DNA of 64,000 nucleotides from an uncultured Acidobacteriaceae bacterium (GTDB taxonomy: Bacteria > Acidobacteriota > Terriglobia > Terriglobales > Acidobacteriaceae). Location of the stretch: assembly GCA_963702775.1 (NCBI GenBank), contig CAVPDX010000001.1, positions 115,688-179,687 on the forward strand, given 5' to 3'. Within the stretch, counting starts at the first letter, position 1. Each line of letters opens with the position of its first letter. Below, one piece after another: positions 39,152 through 47,096 of the stretch. The notes under the pieces are model-generated. The model worked only from the letters and a program-made list of their open reading frames with translations, ran no database searches and was not told the origin of the DNA. Both the position numbers and the translations under genes were made by a program.

Positions 39152-40522
39152 TGACAATGTGGATCCCTGTCAAACACTTTTTGAGCGTACTGCTCCGTGC
39201 ACTCCGAAGAGCGCGCCATTTCGCTCTAGTTGAAGGTTTCTGCCATACCAACCAAAAGCTCGCTCGTAATCGTTTCAGGTCAGAAGCTCAGTTCGACCCA
39301 TGCATCTCTTCGGTCACAACTTCGATCATGATTACTACTTCGAACTCCTCCGTGAAGGAGGAGCGGGCTGCCCAATCAATAGCTCGATGTTCTACTGCAC
39401 ACCACGGCCTGTTCCGAGCGTGGCCGCGTGCGAATCGAACTTTTTCACTCGCTCGTAATCCCATCCCTTGTGCCACATCCAGTGCAAACGAATCGCGAGT
39501 CTCCGCGCCATCGCCACCTTGGCGATCTTCCGCCCCCGGCGCATCACCAAGTGGAAATACTTGCTGCGCCATTCCGGAAGCCTGCGAACTGTGACCTGGG
39601 CCGCTTCCACCAGCAAGAAGCGCAATATCGAACTCCCCGGTTTGGTGATATGCCCCAGTCGCCGCCGATTTCCGCTGGAATCTTCCAGCGGCACCAGTCC
39701 GAGATAGCTCGCCACCTGCTTCCCACACTGAAAGCGCTTCGCATCTCCGATGATCAACACGAAAGCCAGTGCGGTCAGCGGACCCACTCCAGGATGGGTC
39801 ATCAACCATCGTGCCTCGGGAAGCTTCTCGGCCTCTTGCTCAATCGCCTGACTCAGTTCCGCAATCGTCGGATTCAGCCGATCCAGCAACTCCAGCAGAT
39901 CGCGCCGGCGTCGGCTCGCCCAGGGAGCTAACCGGATCGACTCCAGTTGTTCCCGTCCGTGCTCCCGCCATAACCTCTTTTTGCAACGTAGCCCTTCGTT
40001 CAGGGCTACGGCTTGCAACTGATTCAGAATGCGGGTGCGCGCCTGCACCATGCGGTGGCGGTGCCACAGCAGTTGCCGCAGATCGCGATTCTCCCAGCTC
40101 GCTACCCAGATCCGCGGAAAATCATCCTTCAGCAGCAAGCGCAGAATGTGCTGTGCATCCTGGCGATCCGTCTTCTGCTTGCGTTCGCGCTTCCTGGCGA
40201 TTTCGGTGGCGTCCCCGATCCACACCTCGAAGTTCAGTTCGCCCAGGAGTCGCTCGAACCAGCGCGCATGCTCACTGGCTTCCATCCCCACACGCACTTT
40301 CATTCCCTGTACCCCAAGACCACGGTAGAACTTCTCTGCTTCCTCGCGGTGCTCAAGGCGCCGTTCCTGTAATTCCCCTGTGTCCGTATCGACAAACGCA
40401 ATTTGCTGAAAGCTCGGGTGGTAATCGCATCCTATAATCAACATATCGGCTCCTTTTCTCCCGAGCCTTTTGGTTGGTTAGCACCACCAAGTTTACTCGG
40501 GGCGTGGGAGCCAACATTGTCA
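39152..40522 (-). mobile_element. IS110/IS1111-family insertion sequence (boundaries approximate)
   Basis: TGACAATGTGGATCCC (39152-39167) matches the reverse complement of GGGAGCCAACATTGTCA (40506-40522) at 15/16 positions with 1 gap. The repeats enclose the transposase gene. Confidence 0.6.
39392..40444 (-). CDS. IS110-family transposase
   Basis: MLIIGCDYHPS... (DEDD N-terminal domain) and ...THPGVGPLTALAFVLIIGDAKRF..GKQVASYLGLVP (Transposase_20-like). Confidence 0.92.
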   Translation of the reverse strand: MLIIGCDYHPSFQQIAFVDTDTGELQERRLEHREEAEKFYRGLGVQGMKVRVGMEASEHARWFERLLGELNFEVWIGDATEIARKRERKQKTDRQDAQHILRLLLKDDFPRIWVASWENRDLRQLLWHRHRMVQARTRILNQLQAVALNEGLRCKKRLWREHGREQLESIRLAPWASRRRRDLLELLDRLNPTIAELSQAIEQEAEKLPEARWLMTHPGVGPLTALAFVLIIGDAKRFQCGKQVASYLGLVPLEDSSGNRRRLGHITKPGSSILRFLLVEAAQVTVRRLPEWRSKYFHLVMRRGRKIAKVAMARRLAIRLHWMWHKGWDYERVKKFDSHAATLGTGRGVQ

Positions 40523-40640
40523 TGGAATCAATAGCGCTCGCAACCAGAGCTTGGATTCCTGGGAGTTGACGAGCAAAAGTCGGAGCCCCTACCCGCCGAG
40601 GAACGTACCAACTTTGGCCGTGCGCGAACTCAGCCGTCGC

Positions 40641-41825
40641 TCACAGGGACAGCGCGACTTCTCTCGCGGCCTCTGTGCCCCTAACTGCACTAGCCGAGGC
40701 TCCCAGGCTGGATAATCTGCTCCCGGTGATCGCCGGCACAAGCTGAATCTGCACCAACCGCGCAGGCGCAGCATTCGACTTCTTCGCCAGCAAATTAGCC
40801 GAAGGAATGCCGGTGCGGGCAAACGATTTCTCGCAGTCCGCGGTGGAAGGACCGCGCATATTCCCCTCCATGAACGCCAGCCCGGGACAGCGAGTGCAAG
40901 TCGAGCCATGAGCGCACTGCGAGCAACTGGATAAATCGCGCAACCGAATTGAACGAACTTCTTTCAGTTGTTCGGAGTTGCGCCAGATGTCAATGAAGCG
41001 CTGCTGCCGCACGTTCCCGCAGGACAAGGGAAACTGCACGCAAGGGTAAAACTCTCCGTAGGGAGAAACGTAGCAGGCGGTATGGCCTGCGCTGCAAGGC
41101 AGGGACTGCATGCTGCTCTCATCGGGCGCGGGCGGCAGCGCACAGAACTCTTCGGCGCTGCCAACAAAAGACTCGTCCCGGAACAAGGTGTGCAGCGCGG
41201 ACTCACCCGCGTTCAAGTCGAGGATGGAGCGGTCGCCATCCATCTTCGGCGTGATCGTCGGATCCAGCGTGTAACGGGCATCGACTTCTTCCGCCAACGC
41301 GCGAACGCCGTGATAATCCTGCATATTCTGGGTCATCATCACATTGCCGACGACTACCTTGAGGCCCTGCGCCCGGAGAAAGCGGATGGCGTTGATCGAC
41401 CGGCGCAGCGAGCCGGGAAGCTTGGTGATGGCATCATGAACTTCCGGCCGGTGGGAATAAATGCTGACCTGAACCGACTCCACGCCGAGATCGCGCAGGC
41501 GCGCCGCCTGGGCTTCGCGAATGAGCACGGCATTGGTCTTGAGCTTGATGCAGAAGGTGAGATCGCGCGCGTATTCCAGAATCTCGAAAAAATCCTTGCG
41601 CAAGAAGATCTCGCCGCCGCTGAGCGTAAGAATAAAGACCCCGGCTTCAGCCATCTCCTTGAGCAAGTGCTTGATCTCAACCGTGGTCATCTCGCCGTGA
41701 TCGTCGTGATCGAGGTAGCAGTGAATGCACTTTTCGTTGCAGCGGTAGGTGAGATCAAGCTGCACGCTGAAGGGAACGCCCAAGCGCAGAGCCCGTTCAC
41801 TCATTTCCTGCATCAAGGCGCTCAT
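40641..41825 (-). CDS. radical SAM/SPASM-domain peptide-maturase-like protein
   Basis: LDLTYRCNEKCIHCYL (CX3CX2C) and a C-terminal Cys cluster CSAGHTACYVSPYGEFYPC...CSQCAHGSTCTRCPG. The ATG overlaps the PqqD stop (ATGA). Confidence 0.88.
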   Translation of the reverse strand: MSALMQEMSERALRLGVPFSVQLDLTYRCNEKCIHCYLDHDDHGEMTTVEIKHLLKEMAEAGVFILTLSGGEIFLRKDFFEILEYARDLTFCIKLKTNAVLIREAQAARLRDLGVESVQVSIYSHRPEVHDAITKLPGSLRRSINAIRFLRAQGLKVVVGNVMMTQNMQDYHGVRALAEEVDARYTLDPTITPKMDGDRSILDLNAGESALHTLFRDESFVGSAEEFCALPPAPDESSMQSLPCSAGHTACYVSPYGEFYPCVQFPLSCGNVRQQRFIDIWRNSEQLKEVRSIRLRDLSSCSQCAHGSTCTRCPGLAFMEGNMRGPSTADCEKSFARTGIPSANLLAKKSNAAPARLVQIQLVPAITGSRLSSLGASASAVRGTEAAREVALSL

Positions 41826-42163
41826 CTTTTTTGTTCTAACCCCTGTTCTAATTTCTGCACAGACGTAACCGGCTTCGGAATCGGTTGCTCGGAAATCAGC
41901 AGAATGCCATGCCTGGCCAAATCTTCGGCCAGCGCCTCGGCATCGCGCATCGCTTCCTCGGGCTTCACGTCGAACTCGGAGCAGATGCGGCGCTCCACGA
42001 TCTCATCCAACGGAGTAGCCCCGTCGGCGGCCTGCCAGAGAATGGTTGCGGTGGGGTTCAGCGTAAACAGCGTCGAACCCTGACCCGACATGACCAGCAT
42101 TTCTTCACCCAGCATGCGGGCTGCGATCCGCGGACTGCGCGCCACGTAGAGTGTCTTAGTCAT
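41822..42163 (-). CDS. PqqD-family peptide chaperone (RRE)
   Basis: MTKTLYVARSPRIAARMLGEEMLVMS...LFTLNPTATILWQAADGATPLDEIVERRICSEFDV.PEEAMRDAEALAEDLARHGIL. The ATG at 42163 overlaps the upstream stop (TAATG). Confidence 0.85.
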   Translation of the reverse strand: MTKTLYVARSPRIAARMLGEEMLVMSGQGSTLFTLNPTATILWQAADGATPLDEIVERRICSEFDVKPEEAMRDAEALAEDLARHGILLISEQPIPKPVTSVQKLEQGLEQKR

Positions 42164-43080
42164 TATCCAATCATCTCCCAGACGCGCGCATCCGGCACAA
42201 AAGTCAGCCGGTACACGGGCACGCAATCGACGAAGTCGCACGCCGCCTGAAACGCCGAGCACACCAACTCCTCGTCCTCGGCAAAGAAAAGCATATTGGC
42301 CAGCAGTTCGCGCCCGGCATCGGCTGTGGTCACGGGGTCGATGCGATTCTCCAAGCCTTTCGCCAGCAGGTAAAGCGCGGCCACCGGCGCAGACGTGTTC
42401 TCGCCCAGTTTGGCCAGTTCCCCGGTGAAGGGAGTGCCAAACGCAACATAACCCTCGCTGTGCTGAGGCACGTTCTCCTGAGAGACGTGCTTCTGAGAAA
42501 CGCTGGTGGAACCGTTGCGCTTGCGGACGTAGGAAATCTCATCCGTCAGAAGCGTAGCGTCGGCGGGTGCAAACCGCGAAATCGTAGTCTTCCCCGCTCC
42601 TGAAACTCCGGCAAACAAAAAGGCCTTGCCATTGCGTATGGCGCTGGCGGAGTGCAATAGAAATCCACCCTGCCGGGCTAGGAGCAGCGTATGCGTAATG
42701 CGCAGAACGGCGTCGATCGAATAGGGATTCAGCGACTGCTGAATCCACCCGCGGCGCGCCGCGGGATCCCATTCGGCGCGGAAATCTCCCCGTTCCATCC
42801 GCCAGCGGCCAGAGCGGTGGGTCACGCGCACATCCGCATCCGGATCGGCCAATGCAGGCCGTCTCAACTCCACGTCGAACTCGAACTCCGCATCGGCCAC
42901 GGCGCTTACAAATCCGGCGTAGCGTTCTTCCAGCAGCGCGAGAAAACCCGCATCGTCCGTGTTTACGCGGACGGCCACGCCGCCAATCGCAATCACAACG
43001 CTGCAGCGGTCGACTTGTGCGGCTAGCCCTGGCACGGATGAATCGATTCCCTTGGACCCCATACCCCACGAACCAGACAA
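42163..43080 (-). CDS. HPr-kinase-like P-loop protein
   Basis: GFLLHSASAIRNGKAFLFAGVSGAGKTTISR...LLTDEISYV. The true start is probably nearer 43035 (GTG), overlapping the end of the peptidase frame. Confidence 0.8.
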   Translation of the reverse strand: MSGSWGMGSKGIDSSVPGLAAQVDRCSVVIAIGGVAVRVNTDDAGFLALLEERYAGFVSAVADAEFEFDVELRRPALADPDADVRVTHRSGRWRMERGDFRAEWDPAARRGWIQQSLNPYSIDAVLRITHTLLLARQGGFLLHSASAIRNGKAFLFAGVSGAGKTTISRFAPADATLLTDEISYVRKRNGSTSVSQKHVSQENVPQHSEGYVAFGTPFTGELAKLGENTSAPVAALYLLAKGLENRIDPVTTADAGRELLANMLFFAEDEELVCSAFQAACDFVDCVPVYRLTFVPDARVWEMIG

Positions 43081-43531
43081 TGAAAGTAAACGAGGGCGCG
43101 TGCCGCAAGAAACGAGCGCCGAACAATCTTTGCTATCATTTTCGCGAGCACAGTCAACTCCGCGGGCACTGCGACGCGCTCACCCGCCAGGATGAAGTAC
43201 GCGATGCGGCCAAGCAACTCATTCGCGGCCACCGGAGGATCTGGAACGGGCAGCGCATCGCCTTGCGTAATCCAGCGTGGATTCTGAGAATCACCCGCAG
43301 TACCCACGACGCGATGAGCACAGGCCCGCCTTCGCGCCCTACCAGCACTAAGTCGCCGATGCGGACTTGATCGGGCGCGACTCGCTCAACCAGCAGCGTT
43401 TCGCCGGGCCAAACAGAAGGCAGCATGCTCCAGCCCGTCGCGGCGAAACGAAGCTTGCCGAATGAGCACAGAACGTCCGCCGCCAGTTCGCATTTCAGAG
43501 CGTGGGCGTCGGCAGGCGCCGGCGAACTCAT
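43023..43531 (-). pseudogene. S24/S26-family serine peptidase, interrupted by one frame change near 43310-43335
   Basis: The N-terminal part runs from ATG 43531 (GWSMLPSVWPGETLLVERV...GDLVLVGREGG). The C-terminal part, in the neighbouring frame, reads AHRVVGTAGDSQNPRWITQGDALPVPDPPV..ELLGRI. Confidence 0.7.
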
Positions 43532-43644
43532 GACACCTTCGTATTCAGTGCGCAGCCGCTTTGACTGGGGCTGATCTTGCCGCAAGTAAGCGCCGTGGTC
43601 ACGAAGACCTCTTCGCAGCGAAAGGACGGCTTCTCGTAACGCAT
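43528..43644 (-). CDS. candidate RiPP precursor peptide, 38 aa (alternative start 43698 gives 56 aa)
   Basis: Hand translation gives MRYEKPSFRCEEVFVTTALTCGKISPSQSGCALNTKVS. GC3 is 28/38 here versus 20/38 in the overlapping long frame. The TGA overlaps the peptidase ATG. The leader motif is YxxPx[LF]. Confidence 0.55.
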   Translation of the reverse strand: MRYEKPSFRCEEVFVTTALTCGKISPSQSGCALNTKVS

Positions 43645-43977
43645 TTTCTCGGTTGCCGCAGGACGCGGTTCTTGGTTCGATGAGTGATTCAATCCCATAA
43701 TGATCGTTCCCCACTATCGTAAGGCCGATTGCAGCGCCGCATCGCGCACCCGGACTCTGGTCTGTTGTTGGAAACCCATCATACACCCCTGAGTTTTGAG
43801 GAAACCCGCAAAATTTAGATGCGCAAGAAAGATTTCCACAGACATTTCCACTCCCCTTGCAACCAATAAAAGCCCGTCATGGGTTTCGTCCGCGTATTAG
43901 TATAGGAGGACGTTTGTTCCGAGCCTCCGCACAGTATCAGGCAAACAAGTGTCGGGCAAAGAAGCGAGAGGAGAGAA

Positions 43978-44340
43978 GTGCTATCAGAGCCGCTGACCAT
44001 CGAACGATTTGAAGGCGCGAATTATCAGCAGCGCGTCCTGCGCTTGACCGGGCCGTTGACGGCAGCGACGACAGAACCTTTCCAAAATGCCCTGCGGTCG
44101 GAAAATGCTGGAACCATTATTCTCGATCTAAGCCAAGTTCCTTACATCGATTCCTGCGGACTGGGATCTCTGGTTGGAACTTATGTGAGTTGCCAGAAAT
44201 CCGGCAGGCGAATGGCCTTGAGCGGCATCACCCCGCGGGTGTGGCAATTGTTTCAGATTACAAAGCTGGAGCCATTCTTCCTGGTCTTCCCCACTCTCGC
44301 GGCCGCGGTCGACGGATTGACCAACGCCGGCAGCGCATGA
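43978..44340 (+). CDS. STAS-domain anti-sigma-factor antagonist
   Basis: ILDLSQVPYIDSCGLGSLVG...(SpoIIAA-like). GTG start after GAGAGGAGAG. Confidence 0.8.
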   Translation: MLSEPLTIERFEGANYQQRVLRLTGPLTAATTEPFQNALRSENAGTIILDLSQVPYIDSCGLGSLVGTYVSCQKSGRRMALSGITPRVWQLFQITKLEPFFLVFPTLAAAVDGLTNAGSA

Positions 44341-44792
44341 TCCAGCGCTGAGAATTGGCGGAAGCGAGTGGGGGTCGAACGGGCAAAGACATTGATAACA
44401 AAGGAAATCCTCTGGAATCAATCCGGCTTCCCGATCAAAACCTTAACATCCGCCGGGGGCTAGCACAGTTTTCGTACAGCTTTGGTCTTGCATTCGCCAA
44501 AGAACCCGCACCGAACTCACCGTCTGTGCTAGCGGTTTGCTAATCGGCTTTCCCGGAGTGGTCCTCTTCGTTTTCAATAACTTATACCCGCCCTGAGGTT
44601 GCATTTTCGGGTCTATTCGGGCTTAGTCGGGTTCTTCAATGCAACGAAAATGCAACGGAGACTGACCGTGCAAACAGGCCGAAATCCGGAGGAGAAGGGA
44701 GCCTCAGCGCGGGCGCTTGCAGGCTTGCCCCAATTGTCTGTTCCTTCGGCTGCTAAAACACGGCACGACCGCTCTGTCTTGAATAGTAATCG

Positions 44793-45272
44793 CTACAGCG
44801 CCTCATAGATGTTCACAGACAGGTTCTGTGTCACTCCGCCCATCCGCTCAGGCGAATCATTCACCGCCAGAAAGAGCGCCCCCACAGGTGCCGTTGGCAC
44901 CGCTAATACGCAAAAGCGGCCCACCGCAAAGATTATGCGCGAGGGATTAGTACTGGCATCGACGGACTGATCTGCGGTACTTCCACCGATACGCCCAATG
45001 AGAGCGCCGCGAGGCGCGCTGACTAACAGCGGAGAACCTGTTATCTGCGGGCTCTGTTTGTTCTCGTAATCACCATCCGCGGAGCAGCCGCCAGCGGGAA
45101 ACCCTTTGGGCTGCCACGTCTTAGTTGGATCCGGTTCGCCATTCTGATTTACTACCACGATCTTGAGCAATTTTGTTGGATTGGCGTAGTCAAGCACCTG
45201 CGTCCATTGTGCGTTTTGAGGATCTGGGATCTGCTTTTTTTCGACGATCAGACGCCAGGCGGGTTGGGGCAT
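44793..45272 (-). CDS. LecA/PA-IL-like beta-sandwich protein (putative lectin)
   Basis: ATG at 45272 lies 7 nt after AAGGAG. The C-terminal pattern GALIGRIGGS...FAVGRF...GALFLAVNDSP....NLSVNI parallels P. aeruginosa LecA (GALVMKIGNS...GAITLIYNDVP...SFSVNI). Confidence 0.6.
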   Translation of the reverse strand: MPQPAWRLIVEKKQIPDPQNAQWTQVLDYANPTKLLKIVVVNQNGEPDPTKTWQPKGFPAGGCSADGDYENKQSPQITGSPLLVSAPRGALIGRIGGSTADQSVDASTNPSRIIFAVGRFCVLAVPTAPVGALFLAVNDSPERMGGVTQNLSVNIYEAL

Positions 45273-45403
45273 TTCCGTTCTCCTTACTTCGAAGTCACCA
45301 CCAAATGCAGTTGATCGGACGCTAAAAGCTGTTCCTTCTTCGTATCCGCTTCCAAAAGAACGAAGCAAGGCGCACTCGCTTTGTCCTGCGCACTGGAAGA
45401 CGT

Positions 45404-46006
45404 TTGCCCGACAGCATGGACCCGCACCTGCATGCCCAAGTCAATACATTACCAGTTCGAAGCGGGTACACGCCGTACCAGGTTGGCGTCGACGATATTT
45501 GCAATTATGAATTTCGGTATCAGTACGATGGCTGGATCGACTCCTGGCTGGATCGGAATACTATTGCCGCGCTCCAAAGCAGCGCGATCTGGATGGACGA
45601 TGACTCGTTCATCAAGCCGCTTTCATTCGCAAGTCTCGGCGATCTGAATCAGTGGCGCGAGACGCTTAGCGAAAAGCTGGAATCAGCCACCTCTATCGTC
45701 GTCTTTGAGGGGTCCATCGACGCCAACCTGCTTGACAAGTTCCCGGACAGCGAGTGGACTTATCGCCTCGAAGACGCCATTTCCGTAATATTCCCACTGG
45801 CGGCAAGCGGAGCTCTTGCAACATTTGAGTCCGTCTACCGTTCGGGCGAGTTGGTTTACACTAGTTGCGTTGAGCATGTCTCGCGCTTCTTCGAGCGGAC
45901 CTACTCCCTGGCGCAGCAGCTGCGGAACGTCGGATCATTGATAGTCACTCGGGTCCGATCCCGCAGGGGGTTGGCAGATACCCTCGGCATCTTCTTGAAC
46001 GAGTGA
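45404..46006 (+). CDS. hypothetical protein
   Basis: 200-aa ORF with a TTG start (ATG at 45416 also possible). I recognise no motifs. Confidence 0.45.
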   Translation: MPDSMDPHLHAQVNTLPVRSGYTPYQVGVDDICNYEFRYQYDGWIDSWLDRNTIAALQSSAIWMDDDSFIKPLSFASLGDLNQWRETLSEKLESATSIVVFEGSIDANLLDKFPDSEWTYRLEDAISVIFPLAASGALATFESVYRSGELVYTSCVEHVSRFFERTYSLAQQLRNVGSLIVTRVRSRRGLADTLGIFLNE

Positions 46007-46166
46007 TCCTGGTACCTGCACCATAGCGCGCATCCTCCAGCGGTGCCGATCAAAGCGGTGGAAGGCTGCTTTTCCGGCACGACGCGGAGGGCGTGTTTCC
46101 GGCCACTACCCGCCTAGATCCTCTTCCCAAAAAACACGCCCTCCAATTTCAGTTAAGGAGGGCTTC

Positions 46167-46396
46167 GTGAGAATTGAAGAGAATGCTCCCTATTGTCCGG
46201 CGCCAACCAGATGCGGCGCCGAACGACCTTTGCTTGTCCATCACGTCGCCAAGCTGATCCACCGTGAACGTCGAACGGTTCGCCGCCTTGCACAAACTGA
46301 CCAACTGCACGGATTTAAGCTGGGTGGCGGCGGACAATTTGGGGCTTTTGGCGCGCCGACGTCGAACGCTTTCTTGGGGGGCATGATGAACTCTAG
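46167..46396 (+). CDS. excisionase/MerR-type HTH protein, probably needing a frame change near 46325-46340
   Basis: LLVHHVAKLIHRERRTVRRLAQTDQLHGFKLGG is in the track frame. The canonical ending IWGFWRADVERFLGGHDEL* is in the next frame, with a TAG at 46394-46396. Confidence 0.45.
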
Positions 46397-47096
46397 CTCC
46401 AAGAAACCTAGGGCCAGTCGCATCCCGGCGCTGGAAGTCGAACTTACGAAGAGCCCAGACGGCAAGCTGCGTTCGTTCCGCGTCTCCATCGGCACAGCGG
46501 CCGTCATGGTGCTTTTGATGTGTCTTAGAGGGGGAGCTAGCGACAGCTGGCTCCCTGCGTTGAAATGGATCGTCGCAATAGTGCGCTGAATTGGCTGGAC
46601 CGAGCGCAGCAGTTGCCGACAGGCACGCTCCGACGCGCAGCTGCGCTTTAAAGCCATCCAGAATTCAAGCCCTGCATCTCACGAAGGACCCGTGGCACTA
46701 ACGACGAGAGTTTCTTGGCAGTGAAACGCATTTCATGCCGGAAGATCATCAAATCCAGGAACACCAGGACAACATCAGGAACATCATCGACAGCAACAGT
46801 ATCGGCGGTGGGGCAGAGTTAATTCGTGCAAGAAGAGGAACGACGAGCAGCAGTGAGGAGAAGGATGAGCAGCAGGAGGATGATGAAGAGGAGAATGAGC
46901 AGGATGATGATGGTGACGATGATGAGGAGCAGGAGGAGAATGAGCCACCGATGAGCGGCAGCTATCTAGGAAGAATGCGGACAATCCGCCTCCGCCGGCA
47001 CCACCGCCGGCGCCGCCACCGCCACCACCACCGCCACCACCACCGCCAACTGGCCGCCGCCCGGTCGCCGGCCCCAAAGCCCAGGATGCAGACTTA

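Noticed and set aside
43300-43340. Programmed ribosomal frameshift in the peptidase gene
   Set aside because: No XXXYYYZ slippery heptamer or obvious downstream pseudoknot is visible. Other genes in the window also carry indels, so mutation or sequence error is the simpler explanation.
43528-43644. Interpreting the peptide and cluster as a conventional lasso peptide system
   Set aside because: There is no Asp/Glu in the putative core to form the macrolactam. No asparagine-synthetase-like cyclase or transglutaminase-like B2 protease is present anywhere in the window.
43714-43782. 22-aa ORF MMGFQQQTRVRVRDAALQSALR upstream of the candidate precursor
   Set aside because: It is too short to carry a leader plus a core, has no Cys/Ser/Thr-rich core, and has no overlap coupling. 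It is probably part of the 5' UTR.
43154-43786. Track ORF of 210 aa taken as one intact gene
   Set aside because: Its first 85 codons have poor third-position GC (20/38 over the region I counted), use rare TTA/CGA/AGA codons and overlap a better small ORF. Its last ~60 codons are out-of-frame read-through after the peptidase frame change. Only codons from ATG 43531 to about 43320 look genuine.
43815-44000. 61-aa Cys/Trp-rich ORF (…MTGFYWLQGEWKCLWKSFLRI) as the RiPP precursor
   Set aside because: It lies in the AT-rich divergent promoter region, overlaps the STAS gene start, has no RBS or coupling to the operon, and has non-typical codon usage. The ORF at 43528-43644 is a much better candidate.
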